The notes under the pieces: generated by a model
The model's input: only the letters and a program-made list of their open reading frames with translations
The model's database searches: none
What the model was told of the DNA's origin: nothing
Made by a program: the position numbers and the translations under genes
Assembly: GCA_950097015.1 (NCBI GenBank)
Contig: CATNEN010000033.1
Coordinates: 4,712,001 to 4,776,000, forward strand
Reading direction: 5' to 3'
Source of the DNA: Macrostomum hystrix
Lineage: Eukaryota > Animalia > Platyhelminthes
Length of the DNA: 64,000 bases
In this document: positions 12,331 through 25,098 of the stretch, piece after piece
Layout of the letters: every line of letters begins with the position of its first letter
Numbering within the stretch: position 1 is the stretch's first letter

Positions 12331-14985
12331 TGACCCACAACACACCAGATCAAATTGGTCAGACTGACCCACAACACACCAGATCAAATTGGTCAGACTG
12401 ACCCACAACACACCAGATCAAATTGATCAGAATGACCCACAACACGCCAGATCAAATTGGTCAGACTGACCAACAACACGCCAGATCAAACTGATCAGAC
12501 TGACCCACAACACGCCAGATCAAATTGATCAGACTGACCCACAACACACCAGATCAAATTGATCAGACTGACCAACAACACGCCAGATCAAATTGGTCAG
12601 ACTGACCCACAACACACCAGATCAAATTGATCAGACTGACCCACAACACACCAGATCAAATTGATCAGACTGACCAACAACACGCCAGATCAAATTGGTC
12701 AGACTGACCCACAACACACCAGATCAAATTGATCAGACTGACCCACAACACACCAGATCAAATTGATCAGACTGACCCACAACACGCCAGATCAAATTGG
12801 TCAGACTGATCCACAACACGCCAGATCAAATTGGTCAGACTGACCCACAAAACACCAGATCAAATTGGTCAGACTGACCCACAACACACCAGATCAAATT
12901 GGTCAGACTGACCCACAACACACCAGATCAAATTGGTCAGACTGACCCACAACACACCAGATCAAATTGATCAGACTGACCCACAAAACACCAGATCAAA
13001 TTGGTCAGACTGACCCACAACACACCAGATCAAATTGATCAGACTGACCCAGAACACGCCAGATCAAATTGGTCAGACTGACCCACAACACGCCAGATCA
13101 AATTGATCAGACTGACCCACAACACGCCAGATCAAATTGATCAGACTGACCCACAACACGCCAGATCAAATTGGTCAGACTGACCCACAACATACCAGAT
13201 CAAATTGGTCAGACTGACCCAGAACACACCAGATCAAATTGGTCAGACTGACCCACAACATACCAGATCAAATTGATCAGACTGACCCACAACACACCAG
13301 ATCAAATTGGTCAGACTGACCCACAGCACACCAGATCAAATTGATCAGACTGACCAACAACACGCCAGATCAAACTGATCAGACTGACCCACAACACGCC
13401 AGATCAAATTGATCAGACTGACCCACAACACACCAGATCAAATTGATCAGACTGACCAACAACACGCCAGATCAAATTGGTCAGACTGACCCACAAAACA
13501 CCAGATTAAATTGATCAGACTGACCCAGAACATACTGAATCAAATTGATCAGACTGACCCAGAACATACTGAATCAAATTGATCAGACTGACCCACAACA
13601 CACCAGATCAAATTGATCAGACTGACCCACAACACACCAGATCAAATTGATCAGACTGACCCACAACACACCAGATCAAATTGATCAGACTGACCCAGAA
13701 CATACTGAATCAAATTGATCAGACTGACCCACAACATACTGAATCAAATTGATCAGACTGACCCAGAACATACTGAATCAAATTGATCAGACTGACCCAC
13801 AACATACTGAATCAAATTGATCAGACTGACCCACAACATACTGAATCAAATTGATCAGACTGACCCAGAACATACTGAATCAAATTGATCAGACTGACCC
13901 ACAACATACTGAATCAAATTGATCAGACTGACCTACAACATACTGAATCAAATTGATCAGACTGACCCACAACATACTGAATCAAATTGATCAGACTGAC
14001 CCAGAACATACTGAATCAAATTGATCAGACTGACCCACAACATACTGAATCAAATTGATCAGACTGACCCACAACATACTGAATCAAATTGATCAGACTG
14101 ACCCACAACATACTGAATCAAATTGATCAGACTGACCCAGAACATACTGAATCAAATTGATCAGACTGACCCAGAACATACTGAATCAAATTGATCAGAC
14201 TGACCCACAACATACTGAATCAAATTGATCAGACTGACCCACAACATACTGAATCAAATTGATCAGACTGACCCAGAACATACTGAATCAAATTGATCAG
14301 ACTGACCCACAACATACTGAATCAAATTGATCAGACTGACCCAGAACATACTGAATCAAATTGATCAGACTGACCCAGAACATACTGAATCAAATTGATC
14401 AGACTGACCCACAACATACTGAATCAAATTGATCAGACTGACCCACAACATACTGAATCAAATTGATCAGACTGACCCAGAACATACTGAATCAAATTGA
14501 TCAGACTGACCCACAACATACTGAATCAAATTGATCAGACTGACCCACAACATACTGAATCAAATTGATCAGACTGACCCAGAACATACTGAATCAAATT
14601 GATCAGACTGACCCACAACATACTGAATCAAATTGATCAGACTGACCCACAACATACTGAATCAAATTGATCAGACTGACCCAGAACATACTGAATCAAA
14701 TTGATCAGACTGACCCACAACATACTGAATCAAATTGATCAGACTGACCCACAACATACTGAATCAAATTGATCAGACTGACCCAGAACATACTGAATCA
14801 AATTGATCAGAGTGACCCACAACATACTGAATCAAATTGATCAGACTGACCCAGAACATACTGAATCAAATTGATCAGACTGACCCACAACATACTGAAT
14901 CAAATTGATCAGACTGACCCACAACATACTGAATCAAATTGATCAGACTGACCCAGAACATACTGAATCAAATTGATCAGAGTGA
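12331..14985. repeat. 34-bp satellite (GACTGACCCACAACA[CACCAG/TACTGA]ATCAAATTGATCA)n
   Basis: About 78 units in two variant domains, with an internal palindrome GATCAA-A-TTGATC. Confidence 0.97.
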
Positions 14986-15719
14986 TTAGACCCATGCCTG
15001 AAAAAATCTAAAATGGGAAATAACATTCTGCTGTGAAACATTTCAGTTCCCAAGAGGCTGATTGAGCTGATTCTGATTTCTGAAAGCCACTTTCAGCTGT
15101 CAGTTCCACAGCCAGGTCAGGTTTTCCCCTAAAATGCTACGCTCGTAAACAATTCGGACAAGATCCCAATGAAATTAGTTGGCCACACTTCAGTCGCCAC
15201 ACCAGCGGCTTCTGCTCACAAAATGCCGCCTGAGCAGGCAGAACTCGCGGCCTCCAACTCCATGTCCGACCCGATTTACCCCGCAGCAGATTGAAAGATT
15301 GAAAGATTGAGTAGAGAGCGGGAGAGATCGGGTGAGTGCGCTCAAGTGGCCCTTGTAGTTCCTGGCCTGCCCGTATTCGGTCATTAGCTCACCGCGTAGC
15401 GACTTATTCGACTGCAGGCTCGAGACCCCCTGAGCCAGCGCGGCTTTGAGTTAATTGCCGACCGAGGCCAACCTCCGCCCGCCGCGGCATCCGCAATGGG
15501 GGACGCAGCCTCTCTGTCCTGCATCTTTTGTCTGTCTTTCAATCGGCCGACGGTCCTCAGTTCGCGGAGTGGCCTCTCGTCCTCATGGCTTCCTGTCTCT
15601 GAGTTTCTTCCGAGAGCTTTTTTCTGGCCTTTCAAACTGCCATTTTGCCGACACAGCTGGGCTCGCTTGATTCTTTGGGATTTTCTCCGTGCGGCTCCAT
15701 TCGAATCAGTCGAATTGTT

Positions 15720-16872
15720 CCTCATTCTGGCATTCTCACATTCTTAATATCCTAATTCTAAATCTCCCATTCCCAATCTCCCATTCTCACAATCCCATTC
15801 TTTATCTCCCATTCTCAATCACCCATTCTCAATCTCCCATTCTCAATCCCCCATTCTTAATCTCCGTTCTCAATCTCCCATTCTCAATCTCCCATTCTCA
15901 ACCTCCCATTCTCAATCTCCCATTCTCAATCTCCCATTCTCAATCTCCCATTCTCAATCTCCCATTCTTAATCTCCCATTCTCACAATCTCATTCTTAAT
16001 CTATCATTTTCAGAATTCCATTCTTAATCTCCCATTCTCACAATCTCATTCTTAATCTATCATTTTCTGAATTCCATTCCTAATCTCCCATTCTCACAAT
16101 CTCATTCTTAATCTATCATTTTCAGAATTCCATTCTTAATCTCCCATTCTCACAATCTCATTCTTAATCTATCATTTTCTGAATTCCATTCTTAATCTCC
16201 CATTCTCACAATCTCATTCTTAATCTATCATTTTCAGAATTCCATTCTTAATCTCCCATTCTCACAATCTCATTCTTAATCTATCATTTTCAGAATTCCA
16301 TTCTTAATCTCCCATTCTCACAATCTCATTTTTAATCTATCATTTTCAGAATTCCATTCTTAATCTCCCATTCTCACAATCTCATTCTTAATCTATCATT
16401 TTCTGAATTCCATTCTTAATCTCCCATTCTCACAATCTCATTCTTCATCTATCATTTTCTGAATTCCATTCTTAATCTCCCATTCTCAATCTCCGTTCTC
16501 AATCTCCCATTCTCAATCACCCATTCTCAATCTCCCATTCTCAATCTCCCATTCTCAATCTCCCATTCTCAATCACCCATTCTCAATCTCCCATTCTCAA
16601 TCTCCCATTCTCAATCTCCCATTCTCAATCTCCCATTCTCAATCACCCATTCTCAATCTCCCATTCTCAATCTCCCATTCTCAATCTCCCATTCTCAATC
16701 TCCCATTCTCAATCACCCATTCTCAATCTCCCATTCTCAATCTCCCATTCTCAATCACCCATTCTCAATCTCCCATTCTCAATCTCCCATTCTCAATCAC
16801 CCATTCTCAATCTCCCATTCTCAATCTCCCATTCTCAATCACCCATTCTCAATCTCCCATTCTCAATCTACC
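15720..16872. repeat. 14-bp minisatellite (AATCTCCCATTCTC)n with a central 56-bp higher-order block
   Basis: Monomer array on both flanks; 56-bp period (e.g. 16026 to 16082) from about 15970 to 16480. Confidence 0.93.
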
Positions 16873-17329
16873 AATTGTCACTATTCCATCTGTATTCTAC
16901 CAAAAAACTTTTTTTAAACAGATTTAATATGATCCAGCAGCTTTCCCTGACTACGCAGACGCCGGACAATGCCGACTGTGTCCCAGTAAATGGATATTGT
17001 GATATCTTGGGAACAATGGGCTCTTCAGACACAATGGCCTCATGGCTTTACAAAAAAACTCGTAAATAGTCGATAATGTTTGAGCAAATAGGGAAAAAAC
17101 GGTGACGCATTTTGGCAGCAATCCGGGACACTGGGGTACCTGAGCAGGTTCTGCTCAGGGAAAGTTCCGCATTGAGGCTGCCGCACGTGACTTGTCGGGA
17201 GCCAGAAGTCAAAGCAGTCAATTAAAGATCCGGTTCCGGGATAATCACGCGATTTTCTGACCCTCAACTTCTTTTTTTTCTTTACTGCAAGTAGTATCAG
17301 AGAACTTTCCATCAAATGTTTATTTGATT

Positions 17330-17800
17330 CGCCGTTTCTACCCTCCCAGATCCCTCAGCGGAGTTGCCGTTTCTACCCTCCCAGATCCCTCAGCGGAGTC
17401 GCCGTTTCTACCCTCCCAGATCCCTCAGCGGAGTCGCCGTTTCTACCCTCCCAGATCCCTCAGCGGAGTCGCCGTTTCTACCCTCCCAGATCCCTCAGCA
17501 GTGTTGCTGTTTCTACCCTCCCAGATCCCTCAGCGGAGTCGCCGTTTCTACCCTCCCAGATCCCTCAGCAGTGTTGCTGTTTCTACCCTCCCAGATCCCT
17601 CAGCGGTGTTGCTGCTTCTACCCTCTCAGATCCCTCAGCTGAGTTGCTGTTTCTACCCTCTCAGATCCCTCAGCGGAGTTGCTGTTTCTACCCTCTCAGA
17701 TCCCTCAGCGGAGTTGCTGTTTCTACCCTCTCAGATCCCTCAGCGGAGTTGCTGCTTCTACCCTCTCAGATCCCTCAGCGGAGTCGCCGTTTCTACCCTC
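17330..17800. repeat. 35-bp minisatellite (TTCTACCCTCCCAGATCCCTCAGCGGAGTCGCCGT)n
   Basis: About 13 units; period 17341 to 17376. Confidence 0.93.
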
Positions 17801-18654
17801 TCATTTTATGAGTAGGGCAAACGGTCCTTGATTTGGATATAGATTGCAATTAATTGTGACCGAATCAGCGGGTGTCCGCAAACAATTCGACATGGAAACA
17901 GAAATTTCAATTACATCTGGCTTTATCGGTTTGTGAACAGAGAAACAATTATAAGAAAAAATGGCAGCCAATTAAAGTGTCGCAAGGAGGCCCAAGATCG
18001 ACAGTTGCCAGGGGGGTTGCACACTGCGGGGCTTGCGTAGATAGTATGATCACTTTTTCGTCCAACCGAGAGCATCACATCATTGAGCACAATGAAGTCA
18101 CAAACTAAGGACAATATTACACACACGCCGCCCTCTCTCTGGGGGCTCTCAAGTGGCTGGGGGCTTCAGAGCTGGATCTGATTGTTGGCCTATTGTTCCC
18201 TAAAGCCATATAGAGTGAGGACAGACGGACCCAGTCTATTGCTGCCATCTGGCGAGCCCGCGCGCCCTTATTGAAGGCGAACTCAATTCAGTTTCTCATT
18301 CGATTGCAAATTATCTAGACAGAATTCGTTTATTTGGCTGTGTTTTTTAACTCTTATATGGTCTTCATTTGATCACTGTTCTGATCTTTATGCTGTTTCA
18401 ACAATGCGCTTAAATACAATAAACCCACTTCACAATTCTAATAATTACAATTTGACTCTAACGATGTGCTAAAAATCTGGCCTGACGGTCACAGAAAGGT
18501 AACACTACTCAGTCATAATCTCTTAATAACCAACTGTCAATCAATATTGACTACAAGCAAGAAACACAAGTAATTCGCTTTTAAACAAAAAATTGTATTA
18601 TTGGTATATTTTTGTTATTATTAGAATTATGAAAGCGAAAACCAACATTAAATT

Positions 18655-18700
18655 AGTTGTTCGACTCGTTTCGCACTCCTAGGTGCATCTTCAGGTTTAT
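18655..18700 (-). ncRNA. Hammerhead-ribozyme-like core of Penelope-like element type (degenerate)
   Basis: Minus strand reads CTGAAGA-T-GCAC-CTAGGA-GTGC-GAAA-CGA-GTC: CUGANGA, one extra nt, 4-bp helix II, GAAA, minimal helix III, GUC. Helix I pairs for only ~1 bp. Confidence 0.4.
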
Positions 18701-21700
18701 TTTTTGAAACGAAATGAAACAGGTTTTGCGAATAAATGTGTAATTGGTTGACACGAAAAGTAGAAAATTTATTAAACAAATCGATATTTGAGAACACATG
18801 AACACATAATTATAATTATAAAAAGAATTATTGCACGACTGTTATAGTTTTTGGCGCAATAAAATATTGACCTCATAGTTTACTAAGATAGGTTTTCTGA
18901 TAAAAAAAACATTTTTAAATTATGTACTAGCTACATATGGAAGTTCGAAGTATATATCATACCGTGGCAGCTTTATCCAACACTATTCGAAGCAAGGTCT
19001 ATAGACCAAACTGAGGAACGTACAAGGGAAATAGGTCTAGGGATCGTACACTTTCATCCAGCACTATGGCACCATGGCATAGTTGTAAGCTCAAATAAAC
19101 GTACTTATCATTATACGTTTTCGAGTACAAATGCCCTTAAGTAAATGAATCATCCAAGACCTCTCCTTAACAATTGAATAAACACATTCTAGCACAAAGC
19201 TCCCGATTCAATGTAATTGAAAACTTGCTTCTTTGGATAGCAGAAATTTAGTTGAAAGTCAAATTATAAACGTTTTGAACGTCAAAATAAAAATGTACTT
19301 GATCTCTAGTTAGACGATGTTACCGTTATAAAATATAACAAAGTCTAATATAACAAGGCTGTAGTTTTATATAACAAAATGGGCATATAATTTTGCGTTT
19401 TCAATGTTTTTAACTTAAAAACTTGCATTCAACTTCTGATCTTAACGATAAGTACAAGAAACGATTTTACTCGGTGCTCGATTAAAAATTGTAATTTTAC
19501 GTCGCTCGCTCTAGTGAACTGTGCCACATCTTGCAGGATTATCTTGACATCTGAACCATTGTTTTATTGAGCTCCGATCAGTTGAAATGAATACTTATGC
19601 AACATTTAATTAGCATGGTGTGCATAATAGTTAATCTTTAAATCTAAATGCTTCTTAGTGCTGTTGCTTTGCTTGCTTCATTCAAAATGTTAAAAAGTGT
19701 TCATGCACTAATGCAGACTGAAGGAATCGAATTTAATTAAAAACCTATGTAATGCCGCTACAAATATTTCGGTAGTCATTGAAAGTATGAATTTGTTACA
19801 TATAAAGTCTGTTATACTTGATTTAAAAATAAATACCTGCAAATATTTTTGTGCCCATATTGCTGTTGTAAACACAAAATGAAAAAGAACTTTCAGTTCC
19901 AGTAGTTTTATTTGTTAGCTTTTTGTAGCTTTATCTAACAACTTATGAGATTTAGTATGTACATATTACTTTTGCTAAGTAATTGTATTGACAATATAAA
20001 TTATCAACTAGGAAATCAACTAAATAGTGAAATATATTTTTTATTTCAAGTGTATAAATAGCTTTTTATAAACAAGAAAATCTATTACTTTGCTATTTTA
20101 GTTTTAATTAAAAGAACTAAAAACTGGAAATCTTTTTTTGTTTATAGTAATTGAAATAACTATTTCATATTTCAATAATTTTTCCTTTAAATTATATTTT
20201 TTATGTGTAAAGCTAATATCAATACTATAATATTTATTGTTCCAGTCTTCTTTGTCCCATTATCAAGATGCAATATTTTTCAATATTCATTTCAGATGCA
20301 GACAAGATCAAACATTCTGTTGATGTGGTGATAAAATAAGCAGGCAAATGTGAGAAAACAAATGATTGTAGCCATTGTTTGGCCTGTTTTCTATTGACTG
20401 TCATCATGCCCATTTAATAAAAATCTGTCTCAATAGCTGCAATGCCATGACAGCTGTTGCAGAAAGTTGATCAATATTTTTTCTTTCTCTTAAAAAATAC
20501 CTGCATCCACTTATAATATTTGTTAGTCTGTTTTGTATGTTATGTCTGCCCAGCTGTACACTGCTGACAATAAATCAAGTCACGTCACATCTGTACATGC
20601 TGGGGGAGTTGCTCTAGTCAGCGAAGTTTCACATTGCCTTCCATTGCCATTTTAAAGGCACTTTTGCCTTTACATTGACAGCTGTTTTTGTCCACTCATA
20701 CTGTCAGTGAATAGAGTAGAATCATACCCAATCGTCATTGCCTTCACTCCTTCATATACTCAAGAGCCACTAATTCTTTCTGTGCATATACAAGTACAGC
20801 AAGCATCTTTCTAATCAAACCCCTTTATACAAGGATAACCCCATTAAATTATATTCGTCTCATGACAATTAAGTAAGTCATAATTAAATAGTTTTTTTCG
20901 ATAGAAGGACCACTTTTCGCCTTTTGGTTTATGATTTCGTGTTTAAAACTTCAAATGTAAATATGAGTGAGAGCTCATTTCAGCAATTTTGTGTTTCTGT
21001 TTTCGATTATTTTTCTTCAACTCCGGGCACCAAACTACACTCGTGTTAGTAGTGCAAGGCACATTTTTTTGCTTTTTTGTGATTGACACTTAAAAATCAA
21101 AGAGAGTTTTTTTTCTCGAAACCTGTCGCTTTTCTCTCCTCTTACTGTTTTGCTTCCCACATTCCTATTCAACTCGCGGCAGAAGACTATTAATATATTT
21201 TGCCCATTATTGTGCCATTTATATGTTTTTATCGTTTATTTTTTAATTATAGAAGGCTGCTTGATTTGAAATTAACTGCTTTAAATGCTCTGTGGATATT
21301 GTCTTTGCCGCAAAAATTTGTCCGCTTGTTTCGATAATTATAAAATGCGCTTTGTGGATCAGAAAAACAGCTTTCAAATATACACGATGTGCAGCGGAAG
21401 AGACTAAAGCAACTGAATGCAAAAAAGTTGTTTCAAGGTTGCTTTCATCAACACTTGGAAATCGCGAACTAAGTGGATGTAGAGGATCTATTGCTGTCCA
21501 CTTTCGAGTCGAAGTTGACAGAATGCGAGTCAAATCACACTTCAATTCAAGGCACTTGGCTTCATCAAGTTAGTTGGAAATAAAAATCCAGACCATAGTC
21601 CTTCAAGCTGGAATCGGACCATGAATTGGACAGGAGTCAGATTGCGAGCCTGGAATGGGGTGAGATGTCTCGGCGTTTCTCGGCGTCGACTGGATCGACC

Positions 21701-22107
21701 AGCTACTGATTTCAGTCGGTTCAGCCTTAAGTTGACAGCCCCTTTTAAGGACACCGTTTAACTCGCTTCGCTTGGTCAATAATCAAGAAAAATAGAAGGA
21801 AAATATAATAAATTGATTTCTGCATGCGCTTTCTTCTACGAAAACTGCTCAATGCTACTTGGCGCTGCAGTAGATCCTTACTAGCCAACTAAGGCATGCG
21901 AACCTATAATGATCTTGGGCACAGGAAAAACTTGTTTATATTAGTTAACTTTTTCTAGTCAATATTTTTTTATGTCAAACTAAAACAATTTTTATTACAG
22001 AAAAAAAAAATACGGTATTAAAAACAATTATCGAATTTTGTTTTCGCGCCGTTTTAAAAAATGATTTTGAACGTACAATTATTAAGTTCTGCACAGTAAA
22101 GAGAAGG

Positions 22108-23540
22108 CGCTTTATAGGGTGCAGGGCAGAGCCTGTCGTATGACGCTGGGCGCCCCACCCTCCACTCCCTTCGAAGGCATGAATGCTTTCCTCAACGCTA
22201 CACCCATTGACATTTTCGTCAAGGGGGAAGCAGCAAAAGTCCACCCGTCGTCTTCTTGATGCGGGCGTCTCCTTCCAGAATTCGCGAGCCTTCTCGAAGC
22301 GCTCCCTTCTGCCTCACTCTGACCTCTGCCTGAAAACTCTGGGCGAGTGCGGAGGGCTCACCATCCTTTCGGACGGGGCCCCGGCCACTTTACTCCGGAG
22401 CCACAGGTACAAAGTCAGCATCTCCCCTCGTAATGAGGTAAAGGACTGCTGGGATGACCCGGCAGTCCACTGTTACACTGACGGCTCTCTGATTAACGGT
22501 AAATCGGGATTCGGAGTGTGCGTCGCCTCGGGTGGTGAGGTCCTCTGGACCCACTCCCAATACTGTGGCAAGAGCTCTAGCGTTTTCCAAAACGAAGTGC
22601 TCGCCATCAGCTTCTGTGCGGCTGAGCTGCGCCAGAGGCAGCTGGCTGGTCGGAGGATCTTTTTTCACTCCGACAGTCAAGCAGCCCTCAAGGCCCTCAG
22701 CCGCTGCACCTCTCGCTCCAGAACCACCTTGGACTGCAACACCCAGTTAAACGGGTTGGCGCAGTCTAACAAGGTGGAGCTGCTGTGGATCCCTGGGCAT
22801 GCCGGGTTCACAGGGAATGAGATGCCGGACCAGCTTGCTAAGGCTGGAGCAGCCAGCTCCCTGATGGGCCCGGGCCCGGAGTCCCCGATCCCCATCTCTG
22901 TTGTCAACTCCAGCATCAACCGCTGGATGGAGACCCAGCACCGGAGGAGGTGGTCCAGCACCCTGAACTGTCGCCAGTCCAGGGCTGCGGTGCCAACCCC
23001 CTCTAGTAACCTGCGTAAGGCCTTACTCAGGCTTAACCGCAGAGACCTTAGAGCAGTCACTATGGCTCTTTCGGGACATGGCTGCTTCACCAGACACCGC
23101 TACCTTCAAGGCCACGTGCCTGAGGAAACGTGTCCCTTCTGCTGCTCCGGATGCGAAAATGCAGAGCATTTCATCGGCCACTGCCCGGCCTTCACCCAAG
23201 CTAGGCTAAAACATCTCGGGCCGGCACCGACCCTCGCCGAAGCCTGCTCGCCCGAGAATATCCCACAGCTCGCCCACTTCCTCCAGGATACCGGTCGAGC
23301 TGATTTCTTCCCAGCCTATGGCGAGGAAGATCGCGCGGCGGAATCGACCGACGGACCACCCTGAGCGGCACCGCCTCGCTGGAGGCTGTCTGGCTGCCAG
23401 GGGTTAGCGATATGGGCGGCATCAGCCGCCTCCTCGCTACGTCCGTCATGGAGGCTCCCTGCCGCTAAGTCAAGTAAGAAAGAGAATGCGACTGCTTGAT
23501 AAATTCCCAAAGCAAGATCAAGATCAAGAACAAGATAAAA
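22108..23540 (+). mobile_element. 5'-truncated non-LTR retrotransposon with RNase H and C-terminal CCHC knuckle (LOA/I/R1-like group)
   Basis: RT-thumb end [43 protein letters not shown], frameshift near 22248, RNase H motifs [25 protein letters not shown] and [19 protein letters not shown], then [13 protein letters not shown] short (CAAGAT)n run at 23513-23537 may be the tail. Confidence 0.9.
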
Positions 23541-24114
23541 AATGCTCTATACATACACGAGCTAACTGCAATAAGCACTGGAGGCTTACACACGCTAACC
23601 TATAGCCACATCAGGTACAATTACATGTACAAGCCATGCACTGAAATACGGACTGACTTCCTGCTGAGCTTGCTAGTTTTTACCGACATACTTGTTCAGT
23701 ATTCTTTAGACCCCGGAATATTCATTTTACTAAGTCACTGTACGAGCTACAACTTAACAACACGACTTTGTACAACAACAATTTACTCTTCAAATATTGA
23801 CAGAAATTTAAATACGAAGTAAGTAATTATTATAGAGAACAAGTAGTCACTGCCGCTTGTACTCGTAATGCTATTGAAACACAAGATAGATAATTTGTGC
23901 CATGTCTTCAGTTCATGATTGATTGTTCCGATCCGATCGATATTCCGACCCGAAGCCACTGGTTGCCGACGACCGAGTCTACAATTATAAAAGTGCAAAG
24001 TTAATGGACTATTGTGGCAATGTGGCCTGAAAGCATTGGAGATGTGCCTATATTTTTGTTCATAAAACTATTTTTTTATTAACAGCTGACCTGTCCTTCG
24101 GCTATCCTCTGCGC

Positions 24115-25098
24115 TCAGTCTTTCTTCATGAGTCTCGCTGTCATATTGCTAAGTTCGATGTCCCAATCGGCTTCATTGCGTACAGCACTCGAGCCCAATG
24201 GCCATCTGGCATAGTCTTCAGTGTTCAGGCGGGAGTACCGCACGCGTCTGCGCCTACAACGAGGAAGCACTGCCACAACAACAGCTACCGACGCCAAGCA
24301 GAGAGCTCCGATCACCACTGCATATTTTAGTCCGTGTCGATTGTCAAGGTCTCTTTCAGAGCTTCGCTTGTGCACCTCACTATTGGTGGCTTCCGTCGTG
24401 TCACTGTCTGGGTTTGTCTGGCCATTTGTCGTTACCGTCGCATCACTCGGTGGGCCTATCTGTTCCATGGTTGCTTCTGTTGTATCACTCGGAGGGCCTG
24501 TCTGCTCCATGGCTGCTTCTGTTGTATCACTCGGAGGGCCTGTCTGCTCCATGGCTGTTTCTGTTGTAATACTCGGAGGGCCTGTCTGCTCCATGGCTGC
24601 TTCTGTTGTATCACTCGGAGGGCCTGTCTGCTCCATGGCTGCTTCTGTTGTATCACTCGGAGGGCCTGTCTGCTCCATGGCTGTTTCTGTTGTAATACTC
24701 GGAGGGCCTGTCTGCTCCATGGCTGCTTCTGTTGTATCACTCGGAGGGCCTGTCTGCTCCATGGCTGCTTCTGTTGTATCACTCGGAGGGCCTGTCTGCT
24801 CCATGGCTGTTTCTGTTGTAATACTCGGAGGGCCTGTCTGCTCCATGGCTGCTTCTGTTGTATCACTCGGAGGGCCTGTCTGCTCCATGGCTGCTTCTGT
24901 TGTATCACTCGGAGGGCCTGTCTGCTCCATGGCTGTTTCTGTTGTAATACTCGGAGGGCCTGTCTGCTCCATTGCTGTTTCTGCATTTGCTGATTTGGCT
25001 TCGTAGTCAGCGGTGAGTCCTGTCGCAGATGCAACTACGGTAAATAACGAAATAAGTGACCAAATCTTTATCAAAAGTCTTGCCTTTTCGCTGCACAT
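24115..25098 (-). CDS. Mucin-like single-pass type I membrane protein (327 aa) with 14-aa T/E/P-rich repeats
   Basis: True ATG at 25098; hydrophobic signal (LLIKIWSLISLFTVVASA); ~12 near-perfect and 2 degenerate repeats of AMEQTGPPSDTTEA; TM YAVVIGALCLASVAVVVAVL; basic stop-transfer RRRR; YSRL tail. Confidence 0.85.
   Translation of the reverse strand: MCSEKARLLIKIWSLISLFTVVASATGLTADYEAKSANAETAMEQTGPPSITTETAMEQTGPPSDTTEAAMEQTGPPSDTTEAAMEQTGPPSITTETAMEQTGPPSDTTEAAMEQTGPPSDTTEAAMEQTGPPSITTETAMEQTGPPSDTTEAAMEQTGPPSDTTEAAMEQTGPPSITTETAMEQTGPPSDTTEAAMEQTGPPSDTTEATMEQIGPPSDATVTTNGQTNPDSDTTEATNSEVHKRSSERDLDNRHGLKYAVVIGALCLASVAVVVAVLPRCRRRRVRYSRLNTEDYARWPLGSSAVRNEADWDIELSNMTARLMKKD

Noticed and set aside
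15190-15750. Coding exon(s) in the GC-rich island
   Set aside because: Donor-like sites occur on both strands, with no recognisable protein or consistent frame.
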